Below are positions 25,891-38,790 of a DNA stretch of 64,000 nucleotides, piece after piece. Numbering within the stretch: the stretch's first letter is position 1; each line of letters begins with the position of its first letter. Origin of the DNA: the human T2T-CHM13v2.0 reference genome, Homo sapiens. The notes beneath the pieces are model-generated. The model saw nothing but the letters and a program-made list of their open reading frames with translations, made no database searches and was not told the origin of the DNA. Location of the stretch: assembly GCF_009914755.1 (NCBI RefSeq), contig NC_060928.1; one strand, given 5' to 3'. Made by a program: the position numbers and the translations under genes.

Positions 25891-28800
25891 GCCCTTTTTC
25901 TGTCCAGAGAGATTGTTCTGTGTGATATTTATAAGACTGGTCGTCAAGGCATCAGCCACTGTAAGGTATTCACCTATTTTATGCCAAATGCAAAGGCTGC
26001 CAAAAAAAAAACAAAACAAAAAAAAAACCTTTCTCATTTAGAATTCTTCCAGCTCCTCTGTAAAAGGGTGTTGTTGGGCAGCAACTATTTTCTGTGGCAG
26101 GACCAGAGCCATATTGAATGATTTAGTCTCTTTCATAGATGGCTGCAGTATCAGTGGGAATAGACAATAAACAGAATCAACTGAGTAAGTACTGAAATGT
26201 TCTCTATAATAGCATGCTAATAATAATTATGTAGCCTATAAAACTGACTTAATTTTCACAACATTCTGTGCTTGCTATGCAAATTCTTTGGGTAATTCTC
26301 AACTAGAATAAATTATTATCTTCCTAAAGCACCTTTTGCATTTCACCTATTTCTATTTTTATCAGGGTGTGCTGGATTTTAAGTCTTTCAAAATTATGAT
26401 AGGATACATTATATATATTTTTGTATGCAAACTTACTGTACAATATCTGGATTTGAAAAATAGTATATCTATAGGTACTCTTGGCCAACTCTATCACAAT
26501 GAAGAAAGATCTGCAGCAAAGAGCAAATATGGTCTATTTTATAGCCTATCATCTGGATGCCTGAACTATAAAGAACTCAAGGGAATAATTAAATTTCCAT
26601 ACCTTATGTGGACTGACCATTAACGACGATAATGCTATTCGTGGGCCAGTTAGAAAGACTTGGGCTTATGGCTCATTCTTTTGTAATTCTACGAGATTTA
26701 AATGAGTTCTAATTTGAAATTCATGAATTTAAAGTTTCATCTTGTATTAAATAGATGTAGTGGATATTATACACAATATTAATAAGAGCAGAAAGGATGA
26801 GGTTTAGTAGTAAATCAAACTAATAATACATGCTGGAACTTATATCATTATACATTGTACATTCCATTTTTATTTTTAGCAGTTTGTATTGCAAGTTAGA
26901 GACTATTTTATGTTAATTCTCGTATATTTATATATTGAGGATATAAATATACCAAGAAAGCCTTCAGAATATTTTTTGAACAACATTAACTCTTTGGAAT
27001 TCTTTAGTCAGTTTTATTGCAGTGTGTGTTAAAAGGAAGTCTGTGGCTTGAAAATAAGAAACATCTCTAATAAAAGATATTGAAAAGGTGGCTGAAGATA
27101 AGGTAGAAAATGACTAGATAAACAAAATTAGGCAACTCAACTTGTAAACCAGAAATTCAAAAACAATGTATTATATAGAAAATTTTATTTATAGTCCTGT
27201 TTTCCAAAAGGGTCCTAACTAAAGTAGATCTGTTAAGAATCTGGGCGCAGTGCTTCTGGGCTCCCTAACCAGAACCCAATAAGTCACATTTATACTTCGA
27301 CCTTAGTTAAACAGAGAATGGAAATACTATAGGTAATATTTATTCAGATACATTGGGAAGCAAACTTACCAAATAATACATAAAATGACAATGGAATTTT
27401 ACTTAATATTTCATTCTTGCAGTTCATGTAATACACTTCTATGTATTATTTTATTGAATTTCTCTTATTTGTCATTCATGGTCTAGGCCTTACTGCTTAT
27501 TTCAGTGAGACAATATGTTCTCAATTAATGCTTTTGACTTTAAAAATTGAATTCTAGAGTTAATATTTTGCTATAAATATACATAATTAGTTTCAGTAGC
27601 TTATATTAAATATGATACATATTTATCTTCTAAAACAATGTAAAAAATTAGTCATTTATAATTTAGAATAAATCTAAGAATAATCAAGTATTTCTCTGAA
27701 GAATATTGTCTAAAAAAGAATCAATATAATAAACAGTAATTTTTGATTAATAAGTGGAAAAATTTTATAAGCATCAAGTAAATAAAATGGTAAAATAAAA
27801 CACTAAGATTAAAAAGATATATATTTTTATATCACAAATAATAAAAGTCCCCCAAAGCATAATTATATAAAACTAAAGGCAAAAAAATCAAAGCATAATC
27901 TTACTTTTCAAAATGTGTTTTTATCATCACGAACATAAAAGTGATTGAATTATATGTTAACTATTTACTAACATCCTCAGGTAAATGCATTGAGCAGCCT
28001 GAAGAATTTTTCATGTTATTTATCCATGCTTATTCTTTAACATATGACTTCCTCTGGTGCTGTTTACGTTTTCTTTATCTGTTTGCTCATTTGTACTCTT
28101 TTCCATTTATTCGGGAAATGCAAGTGGCTGATGAAATCATAAAACATTGTTCACCCAATGTAACTAAAGAATAAAAGAGCTCACTGCAAATGTGAGCAGA
28201 ATTATTGTTTTCTACAAGATTCATAAATGTAAATAGTTGAAAAGGAGATTGAAACTGTAGCTGCTAAGTGAAGCATGTTCTTGGAGGTTTCTTTTTGTAA
28301 TGCTATTCTAAAGTATCTTTATATCAATCAAGATACAAGTCCTGTTGAAATACATTAGATATTATACTTCATGTAAAACATTATTTTTGTGTGTGTGGTA
28401 ATAATCTTTGTTCCTTAAGGAGAATTCTAAAATAGATTTATACAATAAAAGCATTGTCCCACTTGAAAACACTACTGGATTCAAGGTGTTTCTGAAGGTA
28501 CCTTCAACAATTCTAAAATTTATAGGAAAGCAAGGGAAATGTCAGTAGAGTTAGAAGATGAGGAAACTAGTAAGAGTTCATGGGAGCACTAATGATTGCA
28601 CTTATAGAAATTCAGTGCATCAGCAATCAAGAACATTGATTGCCAACCATTTGAAGCTGCCTCATGTTGAACAAATATCCTTCCTTATAATAGGAAATAT
28701 AATACATATTCATATTAATGATTTGATGATTAATAAGAATGTTTGTAAAACAATTTTGACTAGCATTTTACTCTCCAATATTTTGATAAAACTGAAGACT

Positions 28801-29978
28801 TTATTCTAATCAATATGATGAGAGTAAAATTGGTTCCACAGATTACAACTGCAAATTTAATTAATTGTCTAATAATTGGATAGCCTAATAAATAACTAAT
28901 TATCTAATATTTGGATAGATAGATAAAAGATATGGCAATCTAATTCAATAATGAAACTAACCAAATAGATTGACAATGCAAAGATGTCTTTTTGCTACTT
29001 CACAGCCTATGAGAATTTATGTGTTAGAATGTAGCAGGGAAGATCACTATTGGAAACAAACCTAAGGATAAGGGATCCAGTTTTACTTCACTTTGTCACT
29101 AATCTGTGCAAGGTATTGCTCATTTTGAATATGCATCTAGAACATCATATTAACACTGGGTGCACATAGAGGATTTTCACATTGGAAACTCCCTTCCCTC
29201 TTATTGCAGAAAAATGCTAAGTATAAAACTTTTGTTTTAACTTCTTTTTCCCAACTCCTAACGCAATTAACTTCAAAGAGGGAAATTTTACATAAAACCT
29301 CTTTAGTGTCTTTGTATTTCAATTTTAGATTCATCTGTGGGTATTTGCTAAAACGGTATAACAATAAATGCTAGTCGGCCCTATATGAGAGGCAGAATTA
29401 AAAGGTGTCTTACAGTCTCTGATGATTAAATTAAAGCCTTTGATTAGGGACAAATGTGCTAGTTGGTTTAAAAGCCCTGGTAAAGTTGAGTTTATACATT
29501 TGAAATTAACATTTGTCTTGAATCCTGTTGATCTTCCAACCTTGTTTTTGCTAAATATGGGTCTATCTTCAAGTTAATGCATAATTTTATACTCTGTGGG
29601 CTTAAATTGAATTCCAAATAGCTTCAAAAGCTAAAATTAATTGCAAAAATGAAAAGAAGACACACATCAAAGCTTCATTTTTAAAGTTGGTATCTACATA
29701 GCATTTTATACCCATTTAAAACTGTTAGCTTATCCCTTATTTAGTCTCCCTAAACAATTAAAAACTTGATATACTGCAAATGTGCATTTTGTGAGAGAAA
29801 ATGGTATGAGCTACTAAATCTCCCTACCTTGAATACTGTAAAATATAAATGTGTTCTATATTTTATTATATTCACTTTTTACTCTTAAAGTTTACAGAGA
29901 ATTCATTCTTAAGAAATACAAAATAAATATCTGGATGTTTTAAATCATGGCCCTTTTTAAACATCCAGAACAAGAAAA

Positions 29979-30106
29979 AAAATAGCCAAACCAAAGATAT
30001 GTAATGTTGTATTGGTTGAATTACATATGAGATTTCATAATTAAAATAGCCAAACCAAAGATATGTAATGTTGTATTGGTTGAATTACATATGAGATTTC
30101 ATAATT
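29979..30106. repeat. Perfect 64-bp tandem duplication
   Basis: aaaatagccaaaccaaagatatgtaatgttgtattggttgaattacatatgagatttcataatt x2. Confidence 0.97.
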
Positions 30107-30521
30107 TAAATATCCTTAGACATTACAATTTTTTTCATGAATACATTATAAGAACAGATGCTTATGAGTAGAATTGATTCTCTTATTAACCCTAGGGACA
30201 ATAATAATCTATATTTATAGAGGAAGATTATACTTTTCCTTACCTTCCTCATAGGGTATAGGTGTTTTTCTTAAACAAGTAATTATATCTATCTTGATAA
30301 AAATATCCAGTAAGCTTAGTAAAGGATCTAGATATTTGGCTAAATGATTTCAAGAATTCATATATAGGTAAATAGCTAGTTGTAAATTCAAATATAGAAT
30401 TGAATATTGTGAAGAAGTGATTTTAGGTTCACATTATTTATGGAAGTGTTTACTGCTTCTTTTCTGTGTGAGGCCCAGTTATATAGAAATGTAAACCAGC
30501 AGAAAACACTGAATCCTATTA

Positions 30522-33508
30522 AACATTCAAAGCGAAATTGGTACTAATACTATTGACACTATTTCACATTATAGAAAAAGAGGGAATCCTCCTCAAATCA
30601 CTCTCTGAAGCTAGTATCACCCCAATACCAAAATCAGGAAAAAACATAACAAAAAAAGAAAACTACAGACTGATATCCCTTATGAACAAAATGCAAAAAT
30701 CCTCAATAAAATAATAGTGAACCAAATCCAACAGCATATCAAAAACATAGTCAACCAGGATCAAATGGGTTGCATACCAGGGATATAGGGATGGTTTAAC
30801 ATATGTAAGTCAATAAATGTGATAAAATGCATAAACAAAATGAAAAACAGAAATCACAGATCATCTCAATAGATGCAGAAAAAACATTTGACAAAATCCA
30901 TCATCCCTTTATGATTAAAACCCTCAGCAAAATTGGCATAGAAGGAACATAACTTAAAGTAATAAAATCCATCTATGACAAACTCACAGATGAAATCATA
31001 CTGAACAGGGAAAAGTTGAAAACATTCCCCCTGAGATCTGGAACAAGACAAGGATGCCCACTTTCACCACTTTTATTCAACATACTACTGGAAGTCCTAG
31101 CCAGAGTAATCAGACAAGAGAAAGAAATAAAGAGTATCTAAATCAGTAAAGAGGAAGCCATGCCATTGCTGTTTGCTGATGATATGATTTTATATCTAGA
31201 AAACCCTACAAACTCACCCAAAAAGCTCCTAAAACTGTTAAATGAATTCAGCAAAGTTCCAGGATACAAAATTAATGTACACAAACTAGTAGCTCTCCTA
31301 TATAACAACAGTGACCAAGCTGAGAATCAAATCAAGAACTCAACCTCTTGCACAATAGCAGCCAAAAAATTAAATACTTAGAATTATACCTAACCAAGAA
31401 TGTGATAGACCTCTGTAAGAAAAACTACAATACACTGCTGAAAGAAATCATAGACAACACAAATAAATGGAAACGCATGCCATGCTCACGGATGGGTAGA
31501 ATCAATATTGTGAAAATGACCATATAGCCAAAACAATCTATAAATTGAATGCAATTCCCATCAAAATACCAACATCATTATTTACAGCACTAGAAAAAAA
31601 ATCATAAAATTCATATGGAACCGAGAAAGAATCCACATAGCCAAAGCAAGAATAAGCAAAATGCAGCAAATCTGAAGGCATCACATTACCCAATTACCTG
31701 ACTTCAAACTATACTAAAAGTCCATAGTCACCAAAACAGCATGGTACTGGTATCAAAATAGGCCCATAGACCAATGGAACAGAATAGGGAACCTAGAAAT
31801 GAAGCCAAACACTTAACAGCCAATTAATTTTTGACAAAGTAAACAAAAACATAAAGTAGGGGAAATATACCCTATTCAGCAAATTGGGCTGGGATAATTG
31901 GCAAGCCACATGTAGAAGAATGAAACTGGATCCTCATCTCTTACCCTATATAAAAAATCAACTCGAGATAGATCAAAGACTTAAATCTAATACCTGAAAC
32001 CATAAAGATTCTAGAAGATAAAATTAGAAAAAAATCCTTCTAGACATTGGCTAAGCAAAGGCTTCATGATCAAAAACCCAAAGCAAATGCAACACAAACA
32101 AAGATAAATAGATGGGACTTGGTTAAACTAAAAAGCTTCTGCCTGGCAACATAAATAATCGGTAGAGTTAACAGACCATCCACAGAGATGGAGAAAATCT
32201 TCACAATCTGTAATCTGACAAAGAACTAATATCCAGAATCTACAAAGAACTCAAACAAATCAACAAGAAAAAAAACAAGCAATCCCATCAAAAAGTGGGC
32301 TAAGGACATGAATAGACAAACTCTCAATGGAAGATATACAAATGGACAAGCACGTGGAAAAATGCTGAACATCATGAATTTTCAGGAAATGCAAATTAAA
32401 ACCACAATTTGATACCACTTAATTCCTGCAACAATGGCTAATATGGTTTGGCTGTGTCCCCACCCCAATCTCATCTTGAATTTGCATGAGCTGTGGTAGG
32501 GACCCGGTGGTGGGTAATTGAATCATGGGGGCAAGTCTTGCCCTTGCTGCTCTCATGATAGTGAATAAGTCTCACCAAATCTGATGGTTTTAAAATTGGG
32601 AGTTTTTCTGCACAAGCTCTCTTTTTGCCTGCTGCCATCCACCTAAGATGTGACTTGCTCCTCCTTGCCTTCCACTACTATTATGAGGCTTCCCCAGCCA
32701 CGCAGAACTGTGAGTTCTCCATTAACTGTGAGTTCTATCCTCTTTCCTTTGTAAGTTGCCCAGTCTCAGGTATGACTTTATCAGCAGTGTGAAAATGGAC
32801 TAATGCAATGGCTATAATTGAAAAATCAAAAAATAATAGATGCTGCCATGAATGCAGTGAAAAGGAAACAATTCTACACTGCTGGTGGAAATGTTATCTA
32901 GTACAACCACTATGACAAATAGTGTGGAAATTCCTTAAAGAACTGAAAGCAGATCTACCATTTGATCCAGCAATCCTGCTACTAGGCATCTACCCATAGG
33001 AAAAGAAGTCATTATATAAAAAACATACTTGCACAAGCATGTTTATAGTAACACAATTTGCAATTGCAAAAATATGGAACCAGCCCAAATGCCCATCAAT
33101 CAACAAGTGGATAATGAAAATGTGGTATATATATATATATACACAAAGGAATACTACTCAGGCATAAAAAGGAACAAAATAATGGCATTTGCAGCAACCT
33201 GGATGAAAATTATTCTAAATAAAGTAACTCAGGAATGGAAAGCAAACATGGTTTGTTCTCACTCATATGTGGGAGGTAAGCTGTGAGGACACATAGGCAT
33301 AACAATGGTACATTGGACTTTGGGGACTCAGGGAAAAGGGTGGGGATGGTGAGGGACAAAAGAGTTCACTTTGAATACAGTGTAAGCTGCTTGGGTAATG
33401 GTTGCACCAAAATCTCAGAAATCACCACTGAAAAACTTATTCATGTAACCAAACACCACCTGTTCCCCATAAACCTATTAAAATAAAAAAATTTAAAAAA
33501 TTTAAAAA
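30522..33508 (+). mobile_element. 5'-truncated L1PB (ORF2 RT to 3' UTR and A-tail), disrupted
   Basis: LFADDMILYLENP RT motif (31160-31381), MAFAATWM C-terminus, 3' end gtaaccaaacaccacctgttcccc plus A-rich tail. Confidence 0.95.
32439..32807 (+). mobile_element. THE1 (THE1B-like) MaLR solo LTR nested in the L1PB
   Basis: atatggtttggctgtgtccccac...aaaatggactaatgca; perfect 5-bp TSD atggc. Confidence 0.95.
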
Positions 33509-33539
33509 GAATACATAGAGGAAGATAAAGCCTCTGAAA

Positions 33540-34560
33540 CACAGCCTACTTTTCAACAAACATTAATAAGAATTCAAAGAAAAGACTTGCTTACTTCAAT
33601 TCCTTTACCAAATTACATATCCAGTTTTCATGTTCCTATCACAAACAAATGATAAATGTCTGAGGTTAAAGATATACCAATTATCCCATCAATCATTACA
33701 CATTGTATGCATGTATCAAAATATTACATATACTTCATAAATATGTACAACCATTATGTATCAAAAGTTTCTTTAAAATATTGCAAAGCATGCCAACAAG
33801 TAAGAAAAATGACTTTTTTAAAGATAAAGTAAGCATTAGAACTATACTCGGATAAGATATAGATTTTAAAATTATCAAATAGAAAATGTAAAATAACTAT
33901 GAATAATGTATTAAAGATTCTTAAGGAAGAAATAGATAACATACAAGAACAGATTGGTAATGAAGGCAAAGAGAAAGAAATTCTGAGAAAGAATCAAAAG
34001 GAAATCTAAAACAGTGTTATCAGAATTGAAGAATGCCTTTGATGAGCTCATCAGTTTACTGTAAGCTCATCTTTCCTTACAGCTAAGGAAAGAATCAGTG
34101 AGATTGAAAGTATAGCAAGAAAAACTTTACACACAGAAATGCAAAGTAAAACAGAATTAAAAAACCACTTAATATCCAATAAATATAGCCAATTAAATAC
34201 AGCATAACATACGTATAATCAGAATATCAGAAAAAGAATAGTGTGAAAAGAGCAGAAGAAATATTTGAAGCAATAATGGATGAGAATTTCCCAAAAGTAA
34301 TTACAGATGCCAAACTTAATGGTGAAAAATTTGATGCTTTCTTTTTAAGTTCAAGGCAAAGATGTCTCTTCTCACCACTCCCGTTTAACATCATACTGGA
34401 AGTCTTAGCTAATGCAATGAGAAAGTGTAATAAATGGTATACACGTTTTTAAAAGGTATACACATTGAAAAGGAAGAAATAAAATTTTATTTAATGTATT
34501 ACATGATTGTCTATGTAAAAAATCCCAATGAATCAACCAAAAATCTTGTGAAAAATCTAC
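33540..34560 (+). mobile_element. Old L1M ORF1 region joined to an ORF2 RT fragment; contains an L1MA 3' tail at ~33632-33770
   Basis: EEIFEAIMDENFPK (ORF1) is followed by LNGEK...SPLPFNIILEVLA (ORF2). L1MA tail: cattacacattgtatgcatgtatcaaaatattacat. Confidence 0.75.
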
Positions 34561-34562
34561 AT

Positions 34563-35940
34563 TGTATGATTCCAACAGGCAGTGCAATGCAGTTTCTGGA
34601 AGGATTTGCACACAAGAACTCAGCCCCAACACTCCTTTCTGACCCAGCCATGCTTATGTGCCCACCTGTATTTCTAAGCTAGGCACCTTTCATTCCAAGG
34701 CCTTCTCTTCATGAGCCTTGAAGACACTTTCTTTACCTGATTCAGTACTTTTATCTTCTTAGTTGTACCCTTCCCCAACATTTTCCCATCACTGCCTCCA
34801 TAAAATGGCAGAAACTATTGAGCTCTCGCCATAACATAGCAGAAACTGTTGGGCTCCCTCAACAGTGAGAAAATTCCTACTCCCTGCACGAGCTTCTTGG
34901 ACCTATCTTACCCTTGATCTGTGCCATTGCATGGGGAAAATGGAACATTGGAAGAGTTGTCACCACTTTTTTTTTTTTTTGGTCCCTTGTTTACACTATT
35001 ACAGCAAGTGAATAAAGACTTCACAGTTACTTTCAGTTGACTTGACCTAATAAATGACCTTCACACATGGCAGCAATCTAACAGATTTGCAGAGTGAGCA
35101 GGGTGGGTAAATTCAGCACAATAATTTTCTGGAGAAGCAAAAAACCTGAAGATGCCACAGGACACTTTTGAGAGGTGCTACCTGAATTCAAGGAGCATTC
35201 TCTGAGAGGTGTTAGAGAATCATTTTCAAGAGGCTGAGGGCCCCACAATGCACTTCATTAACCCTGCTAATGGGCCTTGAGAAGTGCTAGTGAACATAAT
35301 GGGGCACACTTGGAGAATGTTAAGAGACAGTTTACATAGCTGCTCAGTTTTTATGAGGACCATTGATCCTTCTCTTTAGCGCATGACTCCTCAGCTGAGC
35401 TTATCTATTGTGTCAAATTAGACATCAAACAAGTCCTAAGAAAGCTAGGGAAGCAACATTATACCTACTGGTTATGGTTCCAGCAACAAAACCCAAAATT
35501 GTTAAAGACCTTGTAAGTTGAGTTGCCCCCAATGACTACTGTTGGCTTTTTGCAGGTCCCTCATACTAATGGCAGCCTGTGACACAGAAAGTCACTGAGA
35601 CTTGTGTCTTTAATGAGATGAATATGGCACCTTTTGAAATTGCTTTGCCCAAGAGTCAGGAGATACCCTAGAGACTTGGTTATTTTATCTTCACAATGAA
35701 TTATCCTCACAATCCTTGACACCAGGATAAAGAGGAAACAAAAATTGCTCTAGTTTTGGGTCTGAGGGTGCCACAACCAATACCCTTACCCATGCCTGGC
35801 AATGAGTGTTTCCCTTCAGGCTTCTACAAACCTTCATTGGTATGGCCTCTTCTACTGAATCTATTATTGATATAAATCTATTATCCACCTTCACTCCTAT
35901 TCACCTTCACCCTCAATCTCTCATGGAAATTGCTACAGTT
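34563..35940 (+). mobile_element. Possible old ERVL-class LTR plus internal remnant
   Basis: Abrupt GC rise, tgta start, aataaa signals near 35010 and 35050, then aca-tggc. Family not recognised. Confidence 0.35.
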
Positions 35941-35959
35941 AAAGAATGTTAAGGACTGT

Positions 35960-36650
35960 GAACTTACCCAACTATTGACTCCACCACAAAGGAAGACCAA
36001 AACCACAAATAGATAGCCACACATCACATAAAATATCTAGGGGAGAACACTCAAATTCAGCAAAGAATTGATGGAGACCCTCTGAGGCACACAGACTCTG
36101 GATTACAGCATAGAGAGGGAAACAAAGGACCTGGCTAAGATCGGCTCTGAATTAAGAGGGACTCCACATTGTGGGAAACAGGTAGGCTGGAGATCTTCAG
36201 CAGTTCACATTCCTACCACAGAAGCCTACCATTCTTGCTACAGGAGAGTAGCTATAGACAACTGTATGCCCCAAAATTGGAAAACAAAAGAAATGGACAA
36301 ATTACTGGACACATACAACCTACCAAAATTAAACCAAGAAAAAATTTAAAAAACCCAAACAGACCAATAACCAGTAACAAGATTTAATTAGTAATAAAAA
36401 GAACAACATCATAAAAACCCAGGACTGAATGGTGTTAGTGCTGAATTCTACCAGACTTTAAAGAAGACTATTCCAAAATATTGGAAGTGAGAGAATTCTT
36501 ACTAACTTATTATATGAGGCCAGAATTACCCAGATGCCAAAACCAGATGAGGACATAACTAAAAAAAAACACAAAAAACTACAAATCAATATCCCTGATA
36601 AACACAGGTGCAAAAATTCCCAAAAAACACTAGCAAACTGAATTCAATGG
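35960..36650 (+). mobile_element. L1M 5'UTR-like segment joined to an ORF2 fragment
   Basis: ORF2 from ~36255 (caactgtatgccccaaaattggaaaac...tgctgaattctaccagac). The upstream part resembles L1M 5' ends. Confidence 0.65.
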
Positions 36651-36654
36651 CAGT

Positions 36655-37030
36655 TCCACTCCTAGACATCAGATTAAGTCAAGACAAAATATGTGCAAAA
36701 TTATTTCTACAATAAATATATTTAGAGTTGATTTACCTGTGATAGACAAGAACAGAAAATAACCCACATTCCCATCAATAGATTAATGGATAGTCAAATA
36801 AAGATATAGTGATCTAAATCAGATTGTTAGCTGCCTGGAGGTTAGTGGTTAATAAGACTGTGTGAGAAAAAAACTTCCCAGGGTTTCTTCATAAAATGCT
36901 TGCTATGTTTTAGATACTAGTTACATGTGTTACTAGTTTCTGAAAATCTTTGAATGATAGGCTTAAAATATATGCCTTTTCTGCATGAGAATTATATGTT
37001 AATAAAGCTTATTTAGAATAAAATAAATAA
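36655..37030 (+). mobile_element. L1ME-like 3' end
   Basis: aataacccacattcccatcaatagattaatggata, cagattgttagctgcctggagg, A-rich end. Confidence 0.55.
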
Positions 37031-37389
37031 AGCAGTAAAACAAAGGAGACTGAATATAAAAAAGCTAAAAATAGACAATACAAAGGGATTAAAACACAGT
37101 AAGTCTACAGAACACAAGAGGGAAATTTACCATTTTAATTTTAAATCTATTAACATAAATCTTAATTAAAACTTCATTAAACATTTATTTTTATTTCTTT
37201 TTGGTGCCAGGGCTCTTCTTAGAGTATATCCTTTTAAATTATAGTTTTTAATCTCTGTCATTTCCAAGTTGTGTACATCTTTATAAAATGGAAGTTATCT
37301 CCAGAGGCTTTATAATTCAGTGCTGTGCTTTCAGGTAGGACTACGAACTCAGCCACTACGACAGATGGTTGTCTGCCTTATTCTTACTG

Positions 37390-37615
37390 ATGTTCAGAGA
37401 AAAAATATATATACATTCCCTTGGTAGTGAATTTTTTGTGTTTGAACAACCCTTAATGTCAATAAGTTGTTTCTTACATCTAGCCTGAATCTCCCTTTCT
37501 CAAACATAAGTTTCACGTGCTTTTGTTTTATTCTCAGTGGAACAAGAGAACAGATGGTCAGTATCTTCCTTTGAAACACTGTTCATACACTAGAAGACAG
37601 TTGCTAACAAGACCC
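37390..37615 (-). mobile_element. CR1/L3 LINE 3' fragment
   Basis: Minus-strand translation GRFRLDVRNNLLTLRVV resembles the CR1 ORF2 C-terminal motif FRLDxRKxFxTxRVV. Confidence 0.75.
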
Positions 37616-38754
37616 TTTATTTGATCTTAAATTTAATTATTTCAATTCACATAATGGAAGTGATGGAAGTTATCTCAAGTTCATCTAAGTCTAATACTCA
37701 AAGTGTATGGCATAGAATTTCATCTTGTAAGGTTTTCTATTAGTATAAAGTTTTGTTAGCAAATAAGTTAACAATGTCTGATAACTTATACCTTTGTTGG
37801 AGATTCAAAAAGTCATTTCTATGTTAATAGCTCACAGAAAATAAATAACAAAGTAAGTTCGTTTCAGTTTGCCTGCCCCAATATTTTCAAATGTTCTCTT
37901 CTATAACCTTCTCTTTCACTGCAACTCACTAATTAATACTTACTAATACAGAACATTATTTGCATAATGACATTCTGAATTTTATATTATACTGCTTCAA
38001 ATGCTGAGAAAGCTAAAGTATCTCAAAGCAATGATAATTACATAGTTATTTAAATATTTAAAAACCTATATATCTGAGAGATATCCTGCTTTATATATTT
38101 AAACATCCTGTTAAGAACAGCCAGAAAATAATAACAAATATGTAAAAAATAATACATGTAAATTCTTCAGAAAACTACATTCACAAAGAGAACACAATAT
38201 CTTGAACATAATAAAAAATAACAAGGCACAAGGAAAAACAATGTTTCCAAAAAGCAATAACCAAAATAGACAATGCAAAGAAAGATACTCACAGGAAATA
38301 AATATAACTTTAATTGTAAAAAAAATCTAATTTCAATGCAATTTAAATATTTCAGAAATTATATTTCTCTTAAAGAAAATTGGGGTAAATAAATGGCCAC
38401 TTAAAATAATTCCAATATAAATTACAAAACTGAAAAATCTAAAATTAAGAGCTTTATGAGTGGTTTTAATAGTAGATTAAACCCAACTAGGGAGAAAGTT
38501 AGTAAACTGTATGAGAAGTCAAAGGAAAATATCTCCACTGAAGTTTGGAAAGAAGAAATGATGAAATATTTGGATAAAGAACTAAGAAATATAAAATGTT
38601 TAAAATGTCTAATATTAATGCAATTAGAGTTCCCAAAGGAGAAGACGGAATGTAGGCAGGAGTAAATTTGAAAAAATAACAAATAAGAACATTTTAAAAT
38701 GAATAAAATATATAGACAAGTATTTAAAGAACCACTATAAAATTTAGGAGCATT

Positions 38755-38758
<4 letters not shown>

Positions 38759-38788
<30 letters not shown>
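38759..38788. repeat. (CA)15 microsatellite
   Basis: Dinucleotide run. Confidence 0.95.

Positions 38789-38790
<2 letters not shown>

Noticed and set aside
28862-28918. Short 22-bp imperfect direct repeat (similar one at ~22290-22340)
   Set aside because: Ordinary local slippage duplicates of no evident significance.
30522-33508. Active L1
   Set aside because: 5'-truncated, frameshifted and interrupted by THE1.
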